Below are positions 1 through 14,986 of a DNA stretch of 64,000 nucleotides, in pieces. The first letter of the stretch is position 1; each line of letters starts with the position of its first letter. Source of the DNA: an uncultured Acidobacteriota bacterium (GTDB lineage Bacteria; Acidobacteriota; Thermoanaerobaculia; Multivoradales; UBA5704); contig CAVYRF010000002.1 in the NCBI GenBank assembly GCA_963770895.1, positions 1,120,001-1,184,000 of the forward strand. Reading direction: 5' to 3'. Under the pieces are notes generated by a model. The model ran no database searches. It had not been told where the DNA came from and saw nothing but the letters and a program-made list of their open reading frames with translations. The position numbers and the translations under genes are program-made.

Positions 1-275
1 GTCGCGGGCCAGCCGCAGCAACAGCCGTTCGTCCAGGAACTGGTCGAACAGCTGGCTGAGCACGTCGCTGGCCACCACCGTGTCGGCGTCTCCCACGCTT
101 TGCGACAGGTACACCTGGAACTCGGAGTAGCGGATTTCGCTGGCGCCGATGCGCGCCGCGACGTCGGGGGCGGGCTGCGGCGGGCGCTGGCGGCAGCCGG
201 CGGCGCCCAGCCAGCACGCGGCGGCCAGCGCCGGCAGCAGCGCCGGCGACGCCAGGATCCGCCGCAGCCGGCGGC

Positions 276-279
<4 letters not shown>
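1..279 (-). CDS. Partial SurA/PpiC-type peptidyl-prolyl isomerase-like lipoprotein (runs off window edge)
   Basis: ATG at 279 overlaps the mfd stop (ATGA). Hand translation gives MSRRLRRILASPALLPALAAACWLGAAGC-RQ (signal peptide/lipobox), then VAARIGASEIRYSEF...LFDQFLDERLLL, which resembles a SurA N-terminal domain. The position downstream of mfd is typical for this family. Confidence 0.6.
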
Positions 280-3770
<3,491 letters not shown>

Positions 3771-3991
3771 CAGGCGTAAGTCTACCGCGAAGTCCCGGAC
3801 CCCGCCGCCGGCATCCCAGTCGGCGGCACCAACCTCCGGCCCTGGGCGGCGCGCCAGCGCCGCAGCTTGAGGACATGCGCCCGTGCTGTGTTAGGCTGCC
3901 GCCGCTGTTTTATGGGCGATCTGGCTCCTGAACGATGGCATCGGCCCGGCCGGCCGCGGGCGGCGCGCTGGGAGAGGGTTGGAGGTTCGAC

Positions 3992-4528
3992 ATGCTTGAC
4001 CGGTTCCCACAGGAAGCGGCGTTGCGCGATGGCAGCCGCTTGCTGGTGCGCCCCTTTACCGCGACGGACACCGAAGCTCTGTACAGCTTTTTCCAGCGCC
4101 TGCCCGAGCAGGTGCGCCGCTTTGCCTGGGACCGCATCGAAAGCCGCGCGCTGGTCGAGCAGTGGGGGCGCGAGCTGGACTACGACCGGGTGCTGCCGCT
4201 GATCGCCACCGACGGCCACCAGATCGTCGCCGACGCCACCCTGCACCGCCGCAAGGGCAGCCCGCTGCGCCTGGTCGGGCGCATCAAGTGGCTGATCGAT
4301 CCCAAGTTCCGCGGCCTGGGCCTGGGCACCGCCCTGGTCAACGATTTCATCCGCATCGCCCGCGCCGACGGCCTGCGCCACCTCACCTGCATGCTCATCG
4401 CCGACCTCGAAGCCGACGCCGTGGAAACCCTGACCGGCCTGGGGTTTCAAAGCTACCTCATCGAGGGCTACGGCACCGACCCGGACGGCAACCAGCACGA
4501 CATGGTGAAGATGGTGCTCAAGCTCTGA
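3992..4528 (+). CDS. GNAT family N-acetyltransferase
   Basis: GGAGG RBS before ATG 3992; LRDGSRLLVRP start typical of Pat-type GNAT domains; acetyl-CoA motif FRGLGLGTAL. Confidence 0.85.
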   Translation: MLDRFPQEAALRDGSRLLVRPFTATDTEALYSFFQRLPEQVRRFAWDRIESRALVEQWGRELDYDRVLPLIATDGHQIVADATLHRRKGSPLRLVGRIKWLIDPKFRGLGLGTALVNDFIRIARADGLRHLTCMLIADLEADAVETLTGLGFQSYLIEGYGTDPDGNQHDMVKMVLKL

Positions 4529-4600
4529 CCCCGCCGCGCGCGGGGCGGGCGGTGTACGATCTGGGGGCGCGCACTGCTGCGACCGCACCCGGAGCCTGAT

Positions 4601-6397
<1,797 letters not shown>

Positions 6398-6434
6398 TGG
6401 CCCGAAGCATGACGCTAGCCAAGGAACGTTCTGC

Positions 6435-7109
6435 ATGACAGGCATCGTGCTGCCGCCCGTACTGCCGCTCTTCCCGCTCACCGGCTCCCTGCTGCTGCCC
6501 GGCAACTGGCTGCCGCTCAACATCTTCGAGCCGCGCTACCGCAACATGGTCGAAGACGCCCTGGAAGGGGAATCGTGGGTCGGCATGATCCAGCCCTTCA
6601 CGCCGCACCCGGACAACTGGCCCAACCTGGAAGCCGAGCCCACCAACCCGCAGCTCTACGACATCGGCTGTGCCGGCCGCATCGAACGCTCCGAAGCCCA
6701 GGCAGATGGGCGCTACGTCATCCTGCTCAAGGGCGTCAGCCGCTTTCGCGTGCGCGAAGAGCTGGCCCTGCATCGCGGCTACCGGCGGGCGGCCGCCGAC
6801 TACAGCGACTTCGCCGCCGACCTGGGCGAACCCGAAGCCGAGCTCGACCCGGCGCGCCTCCTGTACGCCGTGCGCTCCTTCGGCAAGGCCCAGGGCCTCT
6901 CCTTCGATCTGGACGTGCTCGCCGCCCTGCCCGGCGTCGCGCTGCTCAACGGCCTCGCCGTAGCCCTCCCCTTCCAGCCCGCCGAAAAGCAGGCCCTGCT
7001 GGAAGCGACCGATCCCCACCAGCGCGAACAGATGCTCCTCACCCTGATGGGCATGGGCATCGACACCGCCGGCGCCGGCGAATCCTACACTCCCCCCACC
7101 GTGCACTGA
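6435..7109 (+). CDS. LON peptidase substrate-binding domain protein
   Basis: LPLFPL...LLPG..LPLNIFEPRYRNMV, DGRYVILLKGVSRFRV, EKQALLEA motifs. Confidence 0.9.
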   Translation: MTGIVLPPVLPLFPLTGSLLLPGNWLPLNIFEPRYRNMVEDALEGESWVGMIQPFTPHPDNWPNLEAEPTNPQLYDIGCAGRIERSEAQADGRYVILLKGVSRFRVREELALHRGYRRAAADYSDFAADLGEPEAELDPARLLYAVRSFGKAQGLSFDLDVLAALPGVALLNGLAVALPFQPAEKQALLEATDPHQREQMLLTLMGMGIDTAGAGESYTPPTVH

Positions 7110-8536
7110 TGCCCGCCGCGGTAAGCGGCGCCGGGCTGTACCTGCACGTGCCGTTCTGCTCGGCGATCTGCCCCTACTGCGACTTCGCGGTGCAGACCGG
7201 CGGCCGCGAGCGGCGGGCCGGCTTCGTGGATAGCCTGGCGGCGGAAATGGCCTTGTGGCGGCAGGACGACGACGACGGCGACTCCGACGGCGAAGCCGGC
7301 AGCCACTCTGGCAGCCACTCTGACAGCGACGCCGGCAACGCTCCTGACAGCGACGCCGGCGCCGGTGGCAGGCAGCGGTGGGGGACGTTCGACACCGTGT
7401 ACTTCGGCGGCGGCACGCCCTCGGCGCTGGCCGGCGACCAGATCGAGCACCTGCTGGCGGCGGCGCGCCAGGCGCTGCCGATCGCGGACGATGCCTGGGT
7501 GGCGCTGGAAGCCAATCCGGAAGATGTCACCGAAGAAGCCCTGCGCCGCTGGCGGGGCCTGGGAATCGCCATGCTGTCGCTCGGCGTGCAGTCCTTCGAC
7601 GCAGCCACCCTGCGGTTCCTCGGCCGGCGCCACGATCCGGCCCAGGCGCGGCGAGCCGTCGAACTGGCCCTGGCGGCCGGTTTTCCGATCGTCTCCGTGG
7701 ACCTGATGTACGGCAGCCCCAACCAAGCCAAGGCCCCCCCTTCGCCGATGCAAGGCCAAGCCCAGCAATCAGCCAATGAATCCCGGCAAGCGGCGGATCG
7801 GGGCTTACAGCTGGCAGGCGAGGCCGCGCAGCTGGCGGGCTTGGCTGGCCAGCTGCGCGGTGACGCGCTGCAGACCTGGCGTCGCGACCTGGAAACCCTG
7901 GTGGCGCTGGCACCCCAGCACATCTCCTGCTACCAGCTGACGATCCATTCCGGGACGGCCTTCGGCACGCGCGCGGCGCGCGGCGACCTGGCCGAGCTGC
8001 CCGAGGACGAGCAGGCCCTGCTGTTTCGCTTCACGCACACCTTCCTGCGGGATCATGGCTACACCGGCTACGAAGTCTCCAACTTTGCCAGCGCGCCAGC
8101 CCACCAGTCACGCCACAACCGCAAGTATTGGGACCACACACCCTACCTGGGCCTGGGCCCCTCCGCCCACTCCTTTGACGGGCGGCGGCGCTGGTGGAAC
8201 GAGCGCAAGCTGGCCACCTACCAGGCCAAGCTCATCGCGGGCCAGCGGCCGGTCGCCGGCGAAGAAACCCTGACGCCCGCCGACCTTGCCCTGGAAGAGC
8301 TCATGCTGGCGCTGCGCACCGCCGCCGGGCTCGACCTGGCCGGCTTCCACCGCCGCCACGGCGTCGACCTCGCAGCCGGCAACCGCCAGCTGCTCGACGA
8401 CCTTGTCGCCCGCGGCCTTGCCACCCAGCAAGCCGGCCACCTGGTGCCATCCCTCGAAGGCCTCGCCGTAGCCGACTACCTGGCGCGCGCCTTCGATCTG
8501 ACCCCACCCAGCCACGCCACATCGCAAAGCCCTTGA
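7109..8536 (+). CDS. hemW: Radical SAM heme chaperone HemW (HemN-like)
   Basis: ATG overlaps the upstream TGA; LYLHVPFCSAICPYCDF (CxxxCxxC), YFGGGTPS, EANPED, SLGVQSF, YEVSNFA, HNRKYW, YLGLGPSAHS. Contains two low-complexity insertions. Confidence 0.92.
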   Translation: MPAAVSGAGLYLHVPFCSAICPYCDFAVQTGGRERRAGFVDSLAAEMALWRQDDDDGDSDGEAGSHSGSHSDSDAGNAPDSDAGAGGRQRWGTFDTVYFGGGTPSALAGDQIEHLLAAARQALPIADDAWVALEANPEDVTEEALRRWRGLGIAMLSLGVQSFDAATLRFLGRRHDPAQARRAVELALAAGFPIVSVDLMYGSPNQAKAPPSPMQGQAQQSANESRQAADRGLQLAGEAAQLAGLAGQLRGDALQTWRRDLETLVALAPQHISCYQLTIHSGTAFGTRAARGDLAELPEDEQALLFRFTHTFLRDHGYTGYEVSNFASAPAHQSRHNRKYWDHTPYLGLGPSAHSFDGRRRWWNERKLATYQAKLIAGQRPVAGEETLTPADLALEELMLALRTAAGLDLAGFHRRHGVDLAAGNRQLLDDLVARGLATQQAGHLVPSLEGLAVADYLARAFDLTPPSHATSQSP

Positions 8537-8596
8537 GTGAGCCTGTAGCGAGGCACTGGCTGAAAGAGCCCCTCACCGGTTGATCCCCTTGCGCTG

Positions 8597-8678
8597 CCCC
8601 GGTGCGCCAAGACAGCTCCGCTCGCCCCCCCGGCCCGATCGCGGACGCGCCGCAGGCGCGCCGCGGTCGGGGCAACCA
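8597..8678. repeat. REP-like palindromic intergenic repeat, copy 1
   Basis: Core 8616-8678 matches the reverse complement of 14887-14949 with 1 mismatch; internal hairpin cccga(t/c)cgcgg..ccgcggtcggg; lies between convergent genes. Confidence 0.8.
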
Positions 8679-8734
8679 GCGGGCCGGCGCCGGCCAGGGC
8701 ACGGCGCCGGCGGCGAACGGGACGCGGCGGGCGA

Positions 8735-9424
8735 TCAGTGGACGCGCTTGGAGGTCATGTCCATGACCTTGAGGTCCTGGCCGCCGGGGCCGGCGCCGAC
8801 CATGTACATCTCCGTGTGGTAGGTGTCGTTGTCGATGAAGGTGATCACCTGCTTGCTGGTCGTCTTCTTGCCCGAGGCGGGGTCGACTTCGTCGCCGGTC
8901 TCCGTCAGCACCTTGCAGGGATCGTCGCAGGTGCCGCGGAGGATCATCACGCCGGTGCCCATGTTGTCGAACCAGGTGGTGAAGTATTCGTGGGCGCCGT
9001 TGTCGTAGCCCTCCACGCCGCGGCCTTCGAAGGGCTGGCCCATGAACGAGCCCTTGTGGGTCTCATTGAGGTAGCGTCCACCCATCATCATCGAGGCTTC
9101 CGTGGTGGAGTTGAACTCGGTGGCGCCGCCGGGACCCATCCAGGACTTGCCGGTGACCTTCCACTTGCCGGCCATCACCGCCAGGCGCTTGTGCTGCTCG
9201 CCCGGCTGGGCGGCCTTGCTGTACGCGTCCATCATCGCCTTCATCGCGTCGGCGGAACCGCCGGGCTTCATCGAGTCGCCAGCGCCGGCCGGCGTACCGG
9301 CGGGAGCCATGGCGGGACTTCCGGCCTGTGCACCCTGGGCCTGCAGCGCGCACGGCGCGACGAGCGCCAGGGTGGCAACGGTCAAGGCGGTCGCGAAGGT
9401 CCCGGACAGGAAACGGATCTGCAT
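8735..9424 (-). CDS. DUF1579 family exported protein
   Basis: Signal peptide MQIRFLSG...ALQA; PGEQHKRL..MAGKW, MMGGRYL, FEGRGVEGYDN...TWFDNMGTG; AAAGGAGAG RBS. Confidence 0.8.
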   Translation of the reverse strand: MQIRFLSGTFATALTVATLALVAPCALQAQGAQAGSPAMAPAGTPAGAGDSMKPGGSADAMKAMMDAYSKAAQPGEQHKRLAVMAGKWKVTGKSWMGPGGATEFNSTTEASMMMGGRYLNETHKGSFMGQPFEGRGVEGYDNGAHEYFTTWFDNMGTGVMILRGTCDDPCKVLTETGDEVDPASGKKTTSKQVITFIDNDTYHTEMYMVGAGPGGQDLKVMDMTSKRVH

Positions 9425-9723
9425 GAGCTGCTCTCCTTTCAGACAAGTTTCAACCGACGGTAAACCGGATCGGCAGCCGCGTGCAGGGCGATCTGCCGCC
9501 CGTACGCAGCCCACCTGGCCGGCACTGCAACAATCAGGGATCGGAGGAGGCGTCGGGGCCGAGCGTCTGCGGAGAGCTGGACGGGATCGAGCCGCGCTTG
9601 ACCTTACGCCTTGTTACCGCATACCCTATCAGGGTGCTGAGACACCGTCAAGCCGCCGCCCGCCAGGGCCGCCGGGGCCATCCAGCCGCCGCCACGGCAG
9701 CCCGTCATAGAATGGGCCGGTCG

Positions 9724-11808
9724 ATGCGCACCGACAACTACGACTCCTCCTCCATCGAAGTCCTGACCGGGCTCGAGCCGGTACGCCGGCGCCCCGGCAT
9801 GTACACGTTCACCGACCGGCCCGACCACCTGGCGCAGGAAGTGATCGACAACGCCGCCGATGAGGCGATCGCCGGCCACTGCTCCAACATCGACGTGACG
9901 CTCTATCAGGACGGCTCGCTCGCCGTCGCCGACGACGGCCGCGGCATGCCGGTGGACAAGCATCGCGGAGAAAAGGTGTCCGGCGTCGAGGTAATTCTGA
10001 CCCGCCTGCACTCCGGCGCCAAGTTCGCCGACGGCAACTACCGCTTTTCGGGCGGCCTGCACGGCGTCGGCGTGTCGGTGGTCAACGCCCTGTCGCGCCA
10101 GCTGGAAGTGTGGGTCAAGCGCGACGGGCGTGAGCACCACATGACTTTCGCCGACGGCGACAAGACCAGCGAGCTGCGCGTGATCGGCACCGTCGGCCAG
10201 CGCAACACCGGCACCACCGTGCGCTTCTGGCCCGACCCCAAGTTTTTCGATTCGCCCAAGTTCACCATCCCGCGCATCAAGCACTCGCTGCGCGCCAAGG
10301 CGGTGCTCTGTCCTGGCGTACACCTGCGCTTCACGCACGAGGGAACGCCCGAGGACGACGAAGAGTGGTATTACGAAGACGGCCTGACCGCCTACCTGCT
10401 CGACGAGCTGGCCGGCGCGGATCGCGTGCCCACCGAGCCGTTCGTAGGCCACTTCAAGGGCCAGGACGAAGAAGTGGATTGGGCGGTCGTCTGGCTCACC
10501 GACGACTCCGCCCTGGTGGGCGAAAGCTACGTCAACCTCATCCCCACGCCGCAGGGCGGCACCCACGTCAACGGCTTCCGCTCCGGCCTCACCGAAGCGC
10601 TGCGCGAATTCTGCGAGTTCCGCGACCTGCTGCCGCGGGGAGTGAAGCTGGCGCCCGAAGACGTCTGGGCGCGCTGCGCCCACGTGCTGTCGGTCAAGAT
10701 GCGCGAACCGCAGTTCACCGGCCAGACCAAGGAGCGCCTGTCGTCGCGCGAAGCGGCGGCCTTTGTCGCCGGCGTCACCAAGGACGCCTGCGGCCTGTGG
10801 CTCAACCAGCACACCGACGACGCCGAGCGCATCGCCCGCCTGGCGATCGAAAGCGCCCAGGCGCGCCTGCGGGCAGGCAAGCAGGTCAAGCGCAAGACCG
10901 TGACCAGCGGCCCGGCGCTGCCCGGCAAGCTGGCCGACTGCGCCAGCCAGGACCTGCAATCGACGGAACTGTTCCTGGTCGAAGGCGACTCGGCGGGCGG
11001 CTCGGCAAAGCAGGCCCGCAGCCGCGAGTTCCAGGCCATCCTGCCGCTGCGCGGCAAGATCCTCAACACCTGGGAAGTCGATCCCTCGCAGGTGCTCGGA
11101 TCGCAGGAGGTGCACGACATCGCCGTGGCGCTGGGCGTCGATCCCGGCTCGCAGGACGTCAGCGGGCTGCGCTACGGCAAGATCTGCATCCTGGCCGACG
11201 CCGACTCCGACGGCGCCCACATCGCCAGCCTCCTGTGCGCCCTCTTCCTGCGCCACTTCCGGCCGCTGGTCGCGGCGGGCAGAATCCACGTCGCCATGCC
11301 GCCGCTCTACCGCATCGACATCGGCAAGGACGTTTTCTACGCCCTCGACGACCGCGAAAAGACCGGCATCCTGGACCGCATCGCCGCCGAAAAGCTGCGC
11401 GGCAAGGTCAACGTCCAGCGCTTCAAGGGGCTGGGTGAAATGAACCCGATGCAGCTGCGCGAAACCACCATGGCGCGCGACACCCGCCGCCTGGTGCAGC
11501 TGCTGATCCCGCCACCGGCCGCCGCCGTGCCCACCGCCGCCGACCAGGCCGCCGCAGCCGCGCTGGGCGACGCCGCCCCGCCGCCGGCAACGCAGCTCAC
11601 GCTCACACCGCCGCCCGGCGAACCTGCGGACCTCCCCGCCGCACCCGGCACGCCCGGCGCGCCCGGCGCTCCCGCCAACAACGACGGCGATCAGGACGGC
11701 ATGGCCAACGTCGACGCCATCCTCGACATGCTGCTCGCCAAGGGGCGCGCAGCCGACCGCCGCGAATGGCTCATGCGTCAGGGCGACCGCGCCCAGGTCG
11801 ACGTCTAG
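9724..11808 (+). CDS. parE: DNA topoisomerase IV subunit B
   Basis: YDSSSIEVLTGLEPVRRRPGMY, EVIDNAADEA, GGLHGVGVSVVNALS, ESYVNLIPT..GGTH, GPALPGKLADC, EGDSAGGSAK, PLRGKILN, DADSDG. Lacks the long GyrB insert. Confidence 0.95.
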   Translation: MRTDNYDSSSIEVLTGLEPVRRRPGMYTFTDRPDHLAQEVIDNAADEAIAGHCSNIDVTLYQDGSLAVADDGRGMPVDKHRGEKVSGVEVILTRLHSGAKFADGNYRFSGGLHGVGVSVVNALSRQLEVWVKRDGREHHMTFADGDKTSELRVIGTVGQRNTGTTVRFWPDPKFFDSPKFTIPRIKHSLRAKAVLCPGVHLRFTHEGTPEDDEEWYYEDGLTAYLLDELAGADRVPTEPFVGHFKGQDEEVDWAVVWLTDDSALVGESYVNLIPTPQGGTHVNGFRSGLTEALREFCEFRDLLPRGVKLAPEDVWARCAHVLSVKMREPQFTGQTKERLSSREAAAFVAGVTKDACGLWLNQHTDDAERIARLAIESAQARLRAGKQVKRKTVTSGPALPGKLADCASQDLQSTELFLVEGDSAGGSAKQARSREFQAILPLRGKILNTWEVDPSQVLGSQEVHDIAVALGVDPGSQDVSGLRYGKICILADADSDGAHIASLLCALFLRHFRPLVAAGRIHVAMPPLYRIDIGKDVFYALDDREKTGILDRIAAEKLRGKVNVQRFKGLGEMNPMQLRETTMARDTRRLVQLLIPPPAAAVPTAADQAAAAALGDAAPPPATQLTLTPPPGEPADLPAAPGTPGAPGAPANNDGDQDGMANVDAILDMLLAKGRAADRREWLMRQGDRAQVDV

Positions 11809-11973
11809 TGGCCTGTACCAGCAAAATCCGTAGTGCCTGGCTTGCCCTCGACGGCTGGGGCGGCGTTGCGCCTCCTCGACATAGCTTCGACTATGCCTGC
11901 GTCGGCGCGCCTGGCCCCCGCCGCCGACTGCCGGCGCCATCCACTACGAAATTTCACTGGTACAGGCCACTAG
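11805..11973. mobile_element. MITE-like element with CTAG ends, copy 1
   Basis: 17-bp perfect terminal inverted repeat ctagtggcctgtaccag / ctggtacaggccactag with imperfect extension; internal core shared with 18033-18198; non-coding. Confidence 0.75.
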
Positions 11974-12007
11974 TGTCCCGGCCACTAGTGCCAGCTCACC
12001 AGGTGGG

Positions 12008-14560
12008 GTGCCAATAGTGGCCGGGCGCCGCGGCTCCAGCAACGGGGACGACACCCCGCGCCTGCCGTTCGGGTCCGCCGGCACGGTGGACCCGCCGCCG
12101 GCGGCTGGCGGGGCCGGCCAACCCGATCGCGCGGCAGAACGCGGCAAGTCCGCCGCGGCGCGGGATGCGGCCGGCGGCGCTGGCGCCAGGGACGGTCGTG
12201 GCGCCAGGGGAGGTGGTGGCGCCGCCGGCGGCGGTGGTGGCGCCAAGGGCGGCGGCGGCACCAAAAGCGGCAGCGGCGGCAGGGGCAACGGCGGCCGCCG
12301 CGGCGCCGGCGGCGGCTTGGCGGCGCAACTGCCGCCGCCGGACGTCGAGCGTCTGGCGCTCGCGCGCTTCGCCGAAAAGGCGTACCTCGACTATTCGATG
12401 TACGTCATTCTGGACCGCGCGCTGCCCCACCTGGCCGACGGGCTCAAACCGGTGCAACGTCGCATCGTCTTCGCGATGTCCGAGCTGAGCCTGTCGTCCA
12501 ACGCCAAGTTCAAGAAGTCGGCGCGCACCGTCGGCGACGTCATCGGCAAGTATCACCCCCACGGCGACGCCGCCTGCTACGAGGCGATGGTGCTGATGGC
12601 GCAGCCGTTCAGCATGCGGTACCCGCTGGTGGACGGCCAGGGCAACTGGGGCTCGCAGGACGACCCCAAGTCGTTTGCCGCCATGCGCTACACGGAAGCG
12701 CGGCTGACGCCGTTCGCACAGACGCTGCTGTCCGAGCTGGGCCAGGGCACCGTCGATTGGGGACCCAACTTTGACGGCACCCTGGAAGAGCCCAAGCTGA
12801 TGCCGGCGCGGCTGCCGCACGTGCTGCTCAACGGCGCCTCGGGCATCGCCGTAGGCATGGCGACCGACATTCCGCCGCACAACGCGCGCGAAGTCGCCGC
12901 CGCCTGCACGCTGCTGCTCGACGACCCGGACGTGGCCGACGACCGCCTGTGGGAAGCCCTGCCCGGCCCCGACTTTCCCACCGACGCCGAAATCATCACG
13001 CCGCTGGCCGAGCTGCGCAAGATTCACGAGACCGGGAGCGGCTCGCTGCGCATCCGCGCCGTCTGGGAGCGCGACGACGGCGACATCGTGGTCACCGCCC
13101 TGCCCTACCAGGTTTCCGGCAGCAAGGTGCTCGCCCAGATCGCCGCGCAGATGCAGGCCAAGAAGCTGCCCATGGTCGAAGACCTGCGCGACGAATCCGA
13201 CCACGAAAACCCCACCCGGCTGGTTATCACGCCGCGCTCCAACCGCGTCGATCCGCAGGCGCTGATGGACCACCTGTTCGCCACCACCGAGCTGGAACGC
13301 TCCTACCGCGTCAACCTGACCGTGATCGGCCTGGACGGCAGGCCGCGCCTGACCGGGGTGCGCCGCCTGCTCGCCGACTGGCTCCTTTTCCGCATCGAAA
13401 CGGTGCGGCGCCGCCTGCGCTTCCGCTATGAGAAGGTGCTCACCCGCCTCCACCTGCTGGACGGCTTCCTGATCGCCTTTCTCAACATCGACGAGGTCAT
13501 CCGCATCATCCGCACGGAGGACCAACCCAAACCGCGCCTGATGGAGCGCTTCCACCTCACCGACACCCAGGCCGAAGCGATCCTGGAGCTCAAGCTCCGC
13601 CACCTGGCGCGCCTCGAAGAGATGAAGATCCGCGGCGAACAGGACGAGCTGCGCCAGGAGCGCGACGCCCTCGAAAAGCTCCTGTCCAGCGAAGCCCGCC
13701 TGCGCCGCCGCGTGCGCGACGAGCTGGTCGCCGACGCCCGCGAGCTGGGCGACGCCCGCCGCTCGCCGCTGGTCGAGCGCGGCGCCGCCCGCCCCTTCGA
13801 CGAAGCCGTGCTGGTGCCCGTCGAGCCCGTCACCGTCGTGCTCTCCGCCAAGGGATGGGTGCGCGCCGCCAAGGGCCACGAGCTGGACCCCGCGGAGCTG
13901 CCCTACAAAGCCGGCGACGCCTTCCTGCAGGCCGCCCGCGGCAAGACCAGCCAGCTCGCCGTCTTCCTGGATTCCACCGGCCGCACCTACGCCCTGCCCG
14001 CCCACGGCCTGCCCTCTGCCCGCGGCCACGGCGAGCCGCTCTCCTCGCAGCTCTCGCCTCCCGCCGCCGCCACCTTCGCCGGCCTGATGATGGGCAGCGA
14101 CCAGGACCTCTTCCTGCTCGCCACCGCCGCCGGCTACGGCTTCGTCGCCGCCCTGAGCGACCTGGTCACCCGCAACCGCACCGGCAAGGCGGCCCTCACC
14201 GTCTCCCCCGGCATCCCGGTCCTGCCGCCGCAAGCCGCCACCGACCGCGACCACGATCGTGTCGCCGCCGTCACCAGCTCCGGCCACTTGCTGGTCTTTC
14301 CCCTGCGCGATCTGCCCCTGCTCGCCCGCGGCAAAGGCGTCCGCATCATCGCCCTGCCCGCCGGCAAGCGCGCCCGCGCCGAATCCCTCCTGCACATCGC
14401 CGTCGTCCCCCAGGGCGCCCACCTCAAGGTCCACGCCGGCAAGCAATACCTCCACCTCAAGCCCGCCGACCTGGAACCCTACCAATCCGACCGCGCCCTC
14501 CGCGGCACCCTCCTCCCCCGCGGCTACCAAGCCGTCACCGCCCTGGAACCGCTCCCCTAA
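12008..14560 (+). CDS. parC: DNA topoisomerase IV subunit A (start uncertain; Gly-rich N-terminal extension)
   Basis: [44 protein letters not shown], catalytic [19 protein letters not shown]; no GyrA box; follows parE. Confidence 0.95.
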   Translation: MPIVAGRRGSSNGDDTPRLPFGSAGTVDPPPAAGGAGQPDRAAERGKSAAARDAAGGAGARDGRGARGGGGAAGGGGGAKGGGGTKSGSGGRGNGGRRGAGGGLAAQLPPPDVERLALARFAEKAYLDYSMYVILDRALPHLADGLKPVQRRIVFAMSELSLSSNAKFKKSARTVGDVIGKYHPHGDAACYEAMVLMAQPFSMRYPLVDGQGNWGSQDDPKSFAAMRYTEARLTPFAQTLLSELGQGTVDWGPNFDGTLEEPKLMPARLPHVLLNGASGIAVGMATDIPPHNAREVAAACTLLLDDPDVADDRLWEALPGPDFPTDAEIITPLAELRKIHETGSGSLRIRAVWERDDGDIVVTALPYQVSGSKVLAQIAAQMQAKKLPMVEDLRDESDHENPTRLVITPRSNRVDPQALMDHLFATTELERSYRVNLTVIGLDGRPRLTGVRRLLADWLLFRIETVRRRLRFRYEKVLTRLHLLDGFLIAFLNIDEVIRIIRTEDQPKPRLMERFHLTDTQAEAILELKLRHLARLEEMKIRGEQDELRQERDALEKLLSSEARLRRRVRDELVADARELGDARRSPLVERGAARPFDEAVLVPVEPVTVVLSAKGWVRAAKGHELDPAELPYKAGDAFLQAARGKTSQLAVFLDSTGRTYALPAHGLPSARGHGEPLSSQLSPPAAATFAGLMMGSDQDLFLLATAAGYGFVAALSDLVTRNRTGKAALTVSPGIPVLPPQAATDRDHDRVAAVTSSGHLLVFPLRDLPLLARGKGVRIIALPAGKRARAESLLHIAVVPQGAHLKVHAGKQYLHLKPADLEPYQSDRALRGTLLPRGYQAVTALEPLP

Positions 14561-14886
14561 CCTCAAGGTTTTCAGCAGATGTCGAGCAGGGCCGGTGGCA
14601 GTCGCCTGTCCCGGCGCTCCCGGCAGAGAACAACGCCACCCGTGCCGCCGAGGGCAAGCCAGGCGCTTTCGATTCGATGTGGACAGGCCGCTGGTTAGTG
14701 GCCCGGCAACCGGATTCAAATCGCCCGTTACCACCTCTACCCGTAGAGCGGTCGTTGCGATTGCGGGGAAAGCCGCCGCACAGAAGGTTGGCAAGAGAAG
14801 GGGCTTTGGTAAGAAATCGTAGCCGGGCGCACACTCTGAGCATCCGAGCACTCAGCAGCAGGCTGGGGTCGCTGGACCTTCCCCAT

Positions 14887-14968
14887 TGGTTGCCCCGACC
14901 GCGGCGCGCCTGCGGCGCGTCCGCGGTCGGGCCGGGGGGGCGAGCGGAGGCGTCTTGCCGAATCGGGG
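14887..14968. repeat. REP-like palindromic intergenic repeat, copy 2 (inverted relative to copy 1)
   Basis: Reverse complement of 8597-8678; lies between convergent parC and moaDE. Confidence 0.8.
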
Positions 14969-14986
14969 CGCGGCGCCGCCCCAGGG

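Noticed and set aside
11805-11990. CRISPR array or rho-independent terminator
   Set aside because: No repeat-spacer periodicity, no cas genes and no U-tract; better explained as a MITE.
9724-14560. gyrB/gyrA
   Set aside because: Signature segments and lengths match ParE/ParC; there is no GyrA box or long GyrB insert.
14561-14886. ncRNA or small gene in the lower-GC spacer after parC
   Set aside because: No recognisable RNA motif, convincing ORF or repeat; an Rfam search would be needed.
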